From: Clostridia bacterium
Lineage (GTDB): Bacteria; Bacillota; Clostridia; Christensenellales; UBA1242
DNA: 64,000 nt
Direction of reading: 5' to 3'
NCBI GenBank assembly: GCA_050872785.1
Contig: JBNMHO010000004.1
Span: 15,432-79,431, forward strand
Positions 20,945 to 28,925 of this stretch are shown here, in pieces (position 1 is the stretch's first letter; every line of letters starts with the position of its first letter). The position numbers and the translations under genes were made by a program. The notes under the pieces are model-generated. The model saw nothing but the letters and a program-made list of their open reading frames with translations, was not told the DNA's origin and ran no database searches.

Positions 20945-21251
20945 CTTGCACCCCCTGCACCACCCGTTTTGTAGTAGCGGCTATTGCATTCATTTTCTCA
21001 TTCTCAAGGTTGTCAAACTCCGCTTGTTTTTTTGCCACAATGTCTTGCAATTTCTCAGCGTATTTTTTCTCTAGTTTATTTAGTTCAATCACATATCTTT
21101 TTTTGTCAAGTTCCAAAAACTCTTCTCTGTCTTTTGATAATTGCTCGGACTTTTTGGAAACAATTTCTTGTGACTTTGTTTGAGCCAAAGACACAATTTG
21201 TTCTGCTTGTTCTTCTGCCAAAAGAATTTTGTCAATATATGCAGTTTTCAT
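20931..21251 (-). CDS. V-type ATP synthase small peripheral-stalk subunit (G/H type, NtpF-like)
   Basis: 106-aa charged coiled-coil protein and first gene of the operon. It overlaps ntpI by 14 nt. Confidence 0.7.
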   Translation of the reverse strand: MKTAYIDKILLAEEQAEQIVSLAQTKSQEIVSKKSEQLSKDREEFLELDKKRYVIELNKLEKKYAEKLQDIVAKKQAEFDNLENEKMNAIAATTKRVVQGVQDGYC

Positions 21252-21412
21252 TTTTTGCCTCCAATTATTTTACAAAAAAGGGACCACAAAACCTATGCCG
21301 AGCAATCCCTTGTCAAATACTATTATGTGCTATATAAATAATACTATAAATAGCCCCCTTTTATCAAGCAAAAGTGCCATGTTTTTGGATAAAATTTCCA
21401 TAATTTTTGCAT

Positions 21413-21440
21413 AAAAAAACCTTGGCGCAAAATTCCAAGG
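21413..21440 (-). terminator. Rho-independent terminator after the 85-aa membrane-protein gene
   Basis: Minus strand CCTTGG-AATTTTGCG-CCAAGG followed by T7. Confidence 0.75.
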
Positions 21441-21451
21441 CTGTTTTCTAT

Positions 21452-21709
21452 TTATCTTGTTTGGATGTAAATCACCACGTAAATTGAAATGATGATAAGT
21501 CCAGCTAGAATGAGAAGCAATCCGGCAAGTTTAAGTGCCATATTAACTTTATCGTCACTTTTAATTTCGTTTGAATGTCTAACTGCTCTTGTTATTCTTG
21601 CTGACAATGCCACAAGCGCAATGCCCAAAACGACAAGCACAAGCCCAACTATAACAAGTGGTTCACTCAAAAATTGTACAAGAGTTCTTCCAAGCATATC
21701 TCCCAACAT
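21452..21709 (-). CDS. Small membrane protein (two TM helices), unknown function
   Basis: 85 aa with two long hydrophobic segments. RBS GGAGGGTG. Own promoter and terminator. Confidence 0.6.
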   Translation of the reverse strand: MLGDMLGRTLVQFLSEPLVIVGLVLVVLGIALVALSARITRAVRHSNEIKSDDKVNMALKLAGLLLILAGLIIISIYVVIYIQTR

Positions 21710-21739
21710 TTTTCACCCTCCAAATTTAATTTCTGCCAT

Positions 21740-21768
21740 ATTATATCAAATGTAGATTAAAATTTCAA
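21740..21768 (-). promoter_or_regulatory. Sigma-A type promoter (extended -10) of the 85-aa membrane-protein gene
   Basis: Minus strand TTGAAA (21768-21763), 17-nt spacer ending in TGA, TATAAT (21745-21740). Confidence 0.55.
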
Positions 21769-21857
21769 TAGTAATTTTGCACAAAATAACTTTTTATGAA
21801 AATTTATCACATTTTTTGTGTTTTCCCACCTATTTTTATGCCAATTTCTATCGATTT

Positions 21858-23510
21858 TTACAAATTTTGCACTTCAAGATTATACTTTGTTGTGAAGTCA
21901 TAAAAGTCTTCTTGTGTAATTTTAAACTTATTACAAATTTTACTCAAAGGTGCGTGCCTAGTGTCTTTTAATATGTCCCACGCAAGAAATGCCGCCAACA
22001 CATTTTCGTCAACGTTATCATTTTTTATTTTTCGCTCCAGTCTAACAACTGGCTTTGCTATTGTCAGTTGAAAGTTTGCGATGTCAGTAAAAATGTATCT
22101 TACAAGCAACATAACGGCGTTATAAAGGTTCATGTTATTTGTTTTTGTTGCCAAGTTGTTTGGCAAAATGATTTTTGAAAAGATATCGTCACGAACAATG
22201 CAAACTCGCCTTGTGCAATTTAGCCCCGCACGCTTTAGGGCAATTCTGTTTTTCAAACTTGTTTTTATCTGTCTGCCAAGGAGAATAAAGTCAAAGAACT
22301 CATCAAGGCAATTATCATCTATTGAAGCAAGTTTCAAAAGAAGCAGCGAAGAAATATTTGTTTCTTGCTTTGCTATGTAATAAAACAAGTCTTCGTTTTC
22401 TTTAAACTCATTCAAAAGTGCCTCTGGCGTTTGAACAAGCATTTCTTTAACTTTTGCATTTATAATATTCTCTTCTCGTTTTGGAATATTAAAGATATAT
22501 TTGAAATTGTGTTTTTTATTATCGCCACAGAACTTCAAATAATAGTCAAAAATATATCCGTCAAATGGGTCAAGAAGTTTCAAATCAAGAAGTCTAGTCT
22601 TTATTTGCTCACCTTTGCCGCAGTTTATGCAAGTTATGCAATACAAGAAGTCCAACTCAGGCTCTGCCGTTCCGCTTTCAACATATCCTCGCATATACTC
22701 AGCGGCAAGTTCATTTTCCCCCACTTGCGAAAATGAAGCACCTATTCTATATCTCTGCTCCATGTCCACGTTGTCAATGTTTTGTAGTCGTTTTTTAATT
22801 TCCTCACATTTCTCGTTATTTCCCAAGGAATATTCAATTAACATTTGACTTATCAAATCTTGAACGGACTCTTTGCCATAAGTCTTTATAATTTCACTCG
22901 CTCTATCCATTTCCCCCGCAAAAAAATATGCCATAACAAGTTCGTTTCTTATGTCATCATCATGAAAATTCGCCATGTTCTCATAAGTTTTTATTGCTTC
23001 TTCCAAGTTGCCTTGTGACATTTTTTCATGCGCAAGAAGCAAGTTATGTTTCAAGAGATAATCGTCATTGACAAGTTGCAAAGCAGGTTTCCCTTTTTGA
23101 ATTCTGTCAATTTCGGCAAACATTTCCTTAAAATATTGTGCTTGTGGGCTGTCTTTGTGTTGATTTAAATAAACATTTGCATAAAATCTTGCAACGTCAT
23201 ATTCTTCAAGCATAAAATATGCCCGAGCGAGCATTGTATAAACAAGGTCAGCATGTGAATCGTCCGTTTTCTTCAGCACTTTATAGCCATAAAAAATACC
23301 CATAGGAATCATTCTAAGTTCATAATATATCCCCGAGCGAATTGAGTTTACAAGGAATTCCTCCTCATCATTCAGTTCCATTTGGCCAGCTATGCGAAGA
23401 TATTTTAGCGCTTTCTTATATTCCTGCTCCTCCTCAAAAAACTTCCTCGCACGGAACAGATAAAAGATTGGCTTTTTCTTAATGTTTATAACTTTTCTTT
23501 CTTCTTCCAT
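21858..23510 (-). CDS. Hypothetical protein with TPR-like helical repeats
   Basis: 550 aa. Recurrent 34-aa-like helical pairs rich in A/Y/L/E (for example ARAYFMLEEYDVARFYANVYL and GNLEEAIKTYENMANF). No catalytic motif recognised. Confidence 0.55.
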   Translation of the reverse strand: MEEERKVINIKKKPIFYLFRARKFFEEEQEYKKALKYLRIAGQMELNDEEEFLVNSIRSGIYYELRMIPMGIFYGYKVLKKTDDSHADLVYTMLARAYFMLEEYDVARFYANVYLNQHKDSPQAQYFKEMFAEIDRIQKGKPALQLVNDDYLLKHNLLLAHEKMSQGNLEEAIKTYENMANFHDDDIRNELVMAYFFAGEMDRASEIIKTYGKESVQDLISQMLIEYSLGNNEKCEEIKKRLQNIDNVDMEQRYRIGASFSQVGENELAAEYMRGYVESGTAEPELDFLYCITCINCGKGEQIKTRLLDLKLLDPFDGYIFDYYLKFCGDNKKHNFKYIFNIPKREENIINAKVKEMLVQTPEALLNEFKENEDLFYYIAKQETNISSLLLLKLASIDDNCLDEFFDFILLGRQIKTSLKNRIALKRAGLNCTRRVCIVRDDIFSKIILPNNLATKTNNMNLYNAVMLLVRYIFTDIANFQLTIAKPVVRLERKIKNDNVDENVLAAFLAWDILKDTRHAPLSKICNKFKITQEDFYDFTTKYNLEVQNL

Positions 23511-23615
23511 AATTAAAATTTATTCTTTAGATTGTAAAAAAAACACAGAATAATGTCAAAAATTCTCCTATAATGTTATTTTAGCAAAAAAATTGTCTTT
23601 TAAAAAGAGATTTTG

Positions 23616-25028
23616 TCATTCCACGCAAACAAGTTTTTTAAGCCACAAATAAGTGTTCATGACGGTTGCATATTCCACCCTTTCGCCATGCAAGTTTTCA
23701 TCAAGGACTTTTGGAGAAATACAAACACATTCACACTTCTTAATTTTCTTTTGAAAAATGCCCAACTCGCTTGCAAAGTTTCCCTTCTCGAGTTTTACAT
23801 CTTCAAAGCCAACATAGTTTGCTTTAAGTGCTTTGACCAAAGAACATTCCTCATTTGCTTCAAAATGATTGATTGTGGAAACAACACTCAAACTGGCTTC
23901 AAACTTGTCTGACAAAGACTTAAGTTTATTTTCTTTTATGTCCAAGTCCTTCTTGTCACTCGACAACACTTGAAGCGAAAGTTCCCCCTTGTTTGGCTCA
24001 AAATCTAGCACACTTGCACCAACTTCTTGCTCTAAGTCATAAAGTTCAAAAACAAAGTTAATAAACTTTTCTGTATCCTCAAGCACCAAAAAATTATCTG
24101 CTTGTCTTGTGCAAACAATTTTAAGCCCAGCGTAATTATTCTTTTGCAAAATGTATTCGCCAAAAAGTTTGGCTTTGACCTTCAGTTCCTCGCAAAAGGT
24201 TGAAAATACACACTCAATTTTGTTTGCGTCAATGTAATTTATTGAGTTAATCATAAACTTATCTTTGCTCAAGAATTTTGCAAGCGAATATAGGGACGAA
24301 AAGCTCTCACTTCCGTCATCGACAATTTTTCTTTGCCAAAAGATGTTTCTCTTGATTTTTGGTTGGCAAGAGATTTTAAGTTTAAAAGTTTTGAAACCTG
24401 CGTCCTTGCTCATAAAAGCTTTATTCATGTTCAGTTTGCAAAAAACTAGCGAACTATCATAATTTGAGGTGAAAATTTTGTCATATTGTCCGCCGTCAAG
24501 CGAGATGAGATTTCTACAATTTATTTTTGAAATATCAAGCATTTTTGCCCCAACAAACTTGCCGTCATCTCGTGGGGTGAAAATAATTTTAAAAGGCACT
24601 TTTGCCCTATTTTCAATAAGATTTAATGCCATTGCAACTTTAGAGAGCGTTGCAAGGCGTGGAGTTGTGTCTTCAAGAACAAGATATTTGGAACTTGAAT
24701 CTATTGACTTCTGTGACAAACTTGATAGGCTCTTTTCGCCGAGATTTAGGACTGAATTTTGTCTGTGTTTTCGCCAGCCAGTGTTTTCAAAAACTTTTGT
24801 ATTAAGTCCACGTTCTAGTGAGCAAAGCGGAATAACTATTCCCACTTCGTCAAGGTCGTCTGCAGCAATGTCTTCCTTTTTTGGGCGACAAGTCACAATA
24901 CAGTTGTCAAATTGGTCTTGATAAACTTCATGCCCCAGCGACTTTGCCTTGCTAGACACGAAATCAACAAGCGAGTCGTTTGTTAGGTTGTGGATATTTA
25001 CAAGTTGTTCCAAAGTGGACAAAATCAT
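23616..25028 (-). CDS. Divergent M20C (aminoacyl-histidine dipeptidase PepD)-like protein, probably lacking part of the metal site
   Basis: The C-terminus ASELGIFQKK...ISPKVLDENLHGERV parallels PepD HAGLECGLFKK...GPTITGPHSPDERV. FKTFKLKIS parallels FETFKLTLKG. The HLDMV and GADNG motifs are not recognisable. ATG 25028 follows GGAGGG. Confidence 0.45.
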   Translation of the reverse strand: MILSTLEQLVNIHNLTNDSLVDFVSSKAKSLGHEVYQDQFDNCIVTCRPKKEDIAADDLDEVGIVIPLCSLERGLNTKVFENTGWRKHRQNSVLNLGEKSLSSLSQKSIDSSSKYLVLEDTTPRLATLSKVAMALNLIENRAKVPFKIIFTPRDDGKFVGAKMLDISKINCRNLISLDGGQYDKIFTSNYDSSLVFCKLNMNKAFMSKDAGFKTFKLKISCQPKIKRNIFWQRKIVDDGSESFSSLYSLAKFLSKDKFMINSINYIDANKIECVFSTFCEELKVKAKLFGEYILQKNNYAGLKIVCTRQADNFLVLEDTEKFINFVFELYDLEQEVGASVLDFEPNKGELSLQVLSSDKKDLDIKENKLKSLSDKFEASLSVVSTINHFEANEECSLVKALKANYVGFEDVKLEKGNFASELGIFQKKIKKCECVCISPKVLDENLHGERVEYATVMNTYLWLKKLVCVE

Positions 25029-25119
25029 AATTCCCTCCAAATTTTCTTCTATATATATTTTGCAACATTTTGCGTCAAAATGCTAATGATTTTGCATATT
25101 TTTTAAAAAAAATTCCAAC

Positions 25120-25145
25120 AAAAAAAGGACAAGTTTGTCTTGTCC
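25120..25145 (-). terminator. Rho-independent terminator after rpmF
   Basis: Minus strand GGACAAG-ACAAA-CTTGTCC followed by T7. Confidence 0.8.
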
Positions 25146-25166
25146 ACCGAACAAAAGAAATTGAAA

Positions 25167-25364
25167 TTACTTGCTTTCTTTTTCTTTAGCCTTTTTTGCA
25201 ACAACTTCCTTGCCGTCATAATATCCACATTCCGAGCACACAGTGTGAGAGCGGATAACTGCTTTGCAGTGTGGACATTCCACAAGTGTTGGGGCTGTTG
25301 CCGTCCAATTTGCCTTTCTTTTGTCACGTCTTGATTTGCTAACTTTAACTTTTGGAACTGCCAT
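25167..25364 (-). CDS. rpmF: 50S ribosomal protein L32
   Basis: MAVPKVKVSKSRRDKRKA... with the zinc-ribbon cysteines CPHC...CSEC. Confidence 0.95.
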   Translation of the reverse strand: MAVPKVKVSKSRRDKRKANWTATAPTLVECPHCKAVIRSHTVCSECGYYDGKEVVAKKAKEKESK

Positions 25365-25368
25365 TTTT

Positions 25369-25908
25369 CTATCTCCTATTTTTTAATTTGTCAAACGGGT
25401 TATCAAGTCTTTCCTCGTCTTGCTGAATTTGCTCACAGTTGCAAGTGTAGTAGTTTTTGTTTTTGCCACAAACTTGGCACAAACCCTTGCAATTTGCCTT
25501 GCACAGCATTTTGGTTGGAAGACTTAAAAGCAAGTTGTTTGCAACGACCTCATCAATTTCCACAGATGTTCCATTTATAATCGAAAAACTTTCGTCATCA
25601 TGTAAGTTATACTGCTCCACAAAAGTTTCTTCAACTGGAAAGTTGAGAGTCAATTCAAACTCCTCGCCGCACTTGTCGCACACACAAAGCAACTGAACAG
25701 AGGCGCTTGCCACAAGATGCAACTGTTCGTCAAGATATTCAAAATATCCCTTGACCACTGCATCTGAAGTGAACTTGTCGCCCTTGCCAGAAACCAACTC
25801 CTGCGACATAGGCAATGAAACCTCAAAATCAATTTTTTGTCCCTCTTGACTTTTTGCTTTTAAAATGTTCAACAACATAGCATGCTTATTATATTGCCTT
25901 TTTTGCAA
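25369..25908 (-). CDS. yceD: YceD/DUF177 family protein (23S rRNA accumulation protein)
   Basis: 179 aa directly upstream of rpmF (conserved pairing). Has the C-terminal CxxxCxGLC..CG.N cluster (CKANCKGLCQVCGKN). Confidence 0.85.
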   Translation of the reverse strand: MQKRQYNKHAMLLNILKAKSQEGQKIDFEVSLPMSQELVSGKGDKFTSDAVVKGYFEYLDEQLHLVASASVQLLCVCDKCGEEFELTLNFPVEETFVEQYNLHDDESFSIINGTSVEIDEVVANNLLLSLPTKMLCKANCKGLCQVCGKNKNYYTCNCEQIQQDEERLDNPFDKLKNRR

Positions 25909-26035
25909 CTTGTCAATGTTTTTGTTTACATTTTATTGTTTTTGTTTACAAAATTTTAGTTTAGATATTGAAAAAGTCCCTAAACCCCTAAATGAATTTG
26001 ACTTTTCCCCAAAAATATTGTAAAATATTATATAT

Positions 26036-26120
26036 GTGGATATGGTGAAACTGGTAAACACGCTAGATTCAGGTTCTAGTGAGGCGACTCTTGCAGGTTC
26101 AAGTCCTGTTATCCACACCA
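26036..26120 (+). tRNA. tRNA-Leu (anticodon CAG), long variable arm, encoded CCA
   Basis: Acceptor GTGGATA/TATCCAC. Anticodon stem CTAGA/TCTAG with loop TTCAGGT. Variable arm GAGGCGACTC. T arm GCAGG-TTCAAGT-CCTGT. Discriminator A plus CCA. Confidence 0.9.
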
Positions 26121-26126
26121 CCCGTC

Positions 26127-26150
26127 AAAAAGCCCAATCGGGCTTTTTTT
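26127..26150. terminator. Perfect hairpin terminator after tRNA-Leu; also carries the left copy of the island direct repeat
   Basis: AAAGCCC-AATC-GGGCTTT flanked by an A-run and T7. Confidence 0.8.
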
Positions 26151-26177
26151 AAATTAAGTTTACGCTTTTGTTTATGA

Positions 26178-26519
26178 TTATAAAACAACCTCTCTGTTGA
26201 CAAATAAAGATATTATAAAACATATTATTGAATAATGAACAAATGTTAAACCAAAGCCAGCAAATATACCCGTAAAAAATCGCCTAATATTTGTTGACTC
26301 CATACCCAAAAATCTTTGAACAGTCCAATCAGCTGCCATTGGAATTAATAATAGCAAACACCACAATATTTTTATCTTTAGAAAAAATACTAACGGAATT
26401 GCAATAATTTCACCAACAAAAACACCAGTACACCTAGCACAAACTGGGAATTGGTAACCTCTGATAAAAAAACTTCTAGAATACATCTGATGACAACCTA
26501 AAAATCTCCCGATTTTCAT
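26178..26519 (-). CDS. DUF2085 family membrane protein
   Basis: GCHQMYSRSFFIRGYQFPVCARCTGVFVGE matches the DUF2085 signature (CHQ..RSF...G...P.CARCTG). Has 3-4 TM helices. I prefer the internal ATG 26519 over 26597, which overlaps the upstream gene by 50 nt. Confidence 0.7.
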   Translation of the reverse strand: MKIGRFLGCHQMYSRSFFIRGYQFPVCARCTGVFVGEIIAIPLVFFLKIKILWCLLLLIPMAADWTVQRFLGMESTNIRRFFTGIFAGFGLTFVHYSIICFIISLFVNREVVL

Positions 26520-26547
26520 AAAGAATAACCATGTTGTTATTTTCCTA

Positions 26548-26757
26548 TCACACTCTCCATTTGTTTCCACAGTTTTCACACACCCAATAATTTTCATTGT
26601 TTATCTGTCTTCCTTTCCCGCAAGCACCACATAGCAAACCTAAAGGACCGAATAATAAAGCTCCCAAACAACCTGTGCCAGCTTTATAATCTTTTCCTTC
26701 CGAAGATACTTCATTTATTATCTTACATTTATCACTATTACATTTTGGGCAATTCAC
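26548..26757 (-). CDS. Small zinc-ribbon membrane protein with LITAF-like architecture
   Basis: 69 aa: CPKC...C knuckle, hydrophobic GCLGALLFGPLGLLCGACG, then CENC knuckle. GTG start 6 nt after AAGGAG. Confidence 0.6.
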   Translation of the reverse strand: MNCPKCNSDKCKIINEVSSEGKDYKAGTGCLGALLFGPLGLLCGACGKGRQINNENYWVCENCGNKWRV

Positions 26758-26819
26758 ATTAAACTCCTTCCTAAACTTAATAAATTTGTTTGTTAATTTT
26801 ATTTCTTTAAGAATTATTA

Positions 26820-26869
26820 TACACTATTTTTAGTGTATGTCAAGTATTTTACACTAATTTCGGTGTAAA
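26820..26869. promoter_or_regulatory. Two operator-like palindromes in the divergent XRE / zinc-ribbon promoter region
   Basis: TACACTA-TTTT-TAGTGTA (26820-26837) and TTTACAC-TAATTTCG-GTGTAAA (26848-26869) share the half-site TACAC/GTGTA. Confidence 0.55.
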
Positions 26870-26877
26870 ATAAAAAT

Positions 26878-27087
26878 ATGAGAACTTTTGGACAAAATTT
26901 GAAAGAATTAAGGGTTTTAAGCGGGCTAAATCAAAAGCAATTCGCCACTCTCATGCGTACAACACAACAAAGAGTGAGTGAATGGGAAACAAACAAAATT
27001 GAGCCTTCTTTGTATAACATTCTAAAAATTTTAAAAGTTCTGAATGTCAGTTTTGACGAATTAACAGAAGGAATAAATGTTGAATAA
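26878..27087 (+). CDS. XRE-family helix-turn-helix transcriptional regulator
   Basis: 69 aa, NLKELRVLSGLNQKQFATLMRTTQQRVSEWE, typical of the Cro/CI HTH. Confidence 0.85.
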   Translation: MRTFGQNLKELRVLSGLNQKQFATLMRTTQQRVSEWETNKIEPSLYNILKILKVLNVSFDELTEGINVE

Positions 27088-27196
27088 TTGATAAAAAATT
27101 ATTCTTCCCTAGTAACGCTAACAAAAGCACACAGATTATATAAAACAAAAAAGCCCAAGGTTTAAAACATTTGAAACTAGTGTAATTTTATATCAA

Positions 27197-27233
27197 CAAA
27201 AAAAGAAGACGTTCAGAATATGTCTTCTTTTTT
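27197..27233. terminator. Bidirectional terminator between the XRE and DegV genes
   Basis: A7, AGAAGAC-GTTCAGAATAT-GTCTTCT, T5. Confidence 0.7.
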
Positions 27234-27270
27234 ACTATATATAACTTGCTATATTTTCACTTGCACTCTT

Positions 27271-28143
27271 TTATAGTTTCCCATTTTTATCAAAAATATG
27301 CTTTCCCCAAAATCCAACAATAACACCATTTTTTTCTGCATAATAACTGCAAAGCCCTCTTGTTGGCATAATTTTTATTTTTGCTTTATGCCAAATTTCT
27401 TGTATTTTTAATTTTAACTTTTCTGCAAAGTTTAAATTATGACAATGTGAAATAACAACCGAATGTGGATATATAACCCTTGTTTCAATATCTTCGACAA
27501 TTGTTTTAAGAGCTTGTTTTTCTCCTTTAACCTTTTTTATTACCTTTATAGTTCCCTCATCAGTGGCAATTCCGACACCCCATATACCTAATAGCTTAGC
27601 AAGTTTACCTATGAATTTAGACATTCTTCCAGCTTTAACTAAATTATCAAATGATGATAATGTAAATGTAATTCTGGATTCATTTAAAAATTCTTTTGCT
27701 AAACTTATAACTTCATCAAAATTTTTATTTTCTTTTATTAGTTCACATATTTTTTCAACCAACAAAACAATTTCTGGACCTGTGCTTTTAGAATCTATTA
27801 TCACAATATTTCTATCTGCATATTTGTTTAATATCATATTCTTAGCAATTGTTGCACTATTTAAACTACCAGATAAATTAGCTGAAATTGTAATTAAAAT
27901 GTAGTTTCCATCTTCTTCCATTTCTTTATACCAATCATAAGGTGATGGGCAAGCTGTTCCAACTTTATCTTTTGTTTGAGATATATCTTCCAATAAAAGC
28001 TTGGTATCTATATTTGGATTATCTATGATAGTTTTATTTCCAATATTAAAAGCAAAAGGAACGGTTGTGAATTTTATATTATCTTCTTGTATTTCAAAAT
28101 CATTCAAATCTGAACTACTATCAGTTATTATATGCCATTTCAT
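27271..28143 (-). CDS. DegV family (FakB-like) fatty-acid-binding protein
   Basis: 290 aa: MKWHIITDSSSDL, ACPSP, LITISANLSGSLNSA, IIDSKSTGPE. Typical DegV pattern. Confidence 0.88.
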   Translation of the reverse strand: MKWHIITDSSSDLNDFEIQEDNIKFTTVPFAFNIGNKTIIDNPNIDTKLLLEDISQTKDKVGTACPSPYDWYKEMEEDGNYILITISANLSGSLNSATIAKNMILNKYADRNIVIIDSKSTGPEIVLLVEKICELIKENKNFDEVISLAKEFLNESRITFTLSSFDNLVKAGRMSKFIGKLAKLLGIWGVGIATDEGTIKVIKKVKGEKQALKTIVEDIETRVIYPHSVVISHCHNLNFAEKLKLKIQEIWHKAKIKIMPTRGLCSYYAEKNGVIVGFWGKHIFDKNGKL

Positions 28144-28188
28144 ATTTTATTCTCCTTAATTATTCTTGACTATATAATGTTATTTTTA

Positions 28189-28204
28189 TATACTATATAG
28201 TATA
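28189..28204. promoter_or_regulatory. Perfect 16-bp palindrome (candidate TetR operator) between the DegV and TetR genes
   Basis: TATACTATATAGTATA is its own reverse complement. Confidence 0.5.
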
Positions 28205-28297
28205 CACAACCATAGTTGTCTAAGCAATAATATTTGCCACCTTATGTCCCACCAATATTTAAAAAGAGTTGGATAAACTAATAATAGGAGAAAAGAT

Positions 28298-28816
28298 ATG
28301 AATAAAAACGACCTAAGATTTCAAAAAACTGAACAAATTATTAAATCAACTTACAATGATTTAAAAAAGAAATCCTATACCTTAGTGAAAGTTAAAGATT
28401 TATGCGATAAGGCAATGATAAACAAAACAACATTTTATTCTCATTATGAAACAATGGATTTATTACATAAACAAGTTTGTTTGGATTTTATTTCTGATAT
28501 GATTAAACAATATAAACCAATAGAGAATATTCAAAGCAATATAAAAGATTTTATTTACTCGGTTTATGATTTATTTATGAAAAACCAAACAACAATAGCC
28601 AGATTATATGGAGAAGATACTTCATCACTAGTAAATGATGTTGAAAAAGTAATAATGGATTTGGGAATGTTTAAAGATATGGACGAAGATTTAGAACTTA
28701 TTACTCGTTTTTGTATAGGTGGAGCTTCAAGATTTTTAGTTTATGAAAAAAAAACAATAAGAATTAGTAAGATGATTCAATTGATTGAAAATATTTTTAA
28801 AAGTGGAAAATTATAA
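28298..28816 (+). CDS. TetR/AcrR family transcriptional regulator
   Basis: 172 aa with an N-terminal HTH (VKVKDLCDKAMINKTTFYSHYETMDLL). Confidence 0.85.
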   Translation: MNKNDLRFQKTEQIIKSTYNDLKKKSYTLVKVKDLCDKAMINKTTFYSHYETMDLLHKQVCLDFISDMIKQYKPIENIQSNIKDFIYSVYDLFMKNQTTIARLYGEDTSSLVNDVEKVIMDLGMFKDMDEDLELITRFCIGGASRFLVYEKKTIRISKMIQLIENIFKSGKL

Positions 28817-28829
28817 AATGGCAGTTAGG

Positions 28830-28887
28830 CGTGTGCTTGTCTTGATACAAGTCGGTGTCGCTTCGCTCCACCGAAGACAAGCACACG
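28830..28887. repeat. GC-rich two-level hairpin (14-bp outer stem)
   Basis: CGTGTGCTTGTCTT (28830-28843) pairs with AAGACAAGCACACG (28874-28887). Inner stem CGGTG (28853-57) pairs with CACCG (28869-73). Confidence 0.7.
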
Positions 28888-28925
28888 GACACAAAAACAA
28901 TTAAACAAAAAGGCATAGACAAACA

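Noticed and set aside
25933-26121. 62-aa minus-strand ORF overlapping the tRNA-Leu gene.
   Set aside because: It is the antisense of a well-folded tRNA and its promoter region. No coding signal.
26520-26597. The longer start (26597) for the DUF2085 gene.
   Set aside because: It would overlap the zinc-ribbon gene by 50 nt and add a non-hydrophobic, non-conserved 26-aa head. The start remains uncertain because the internal ATG 26519 has no strong RBS.
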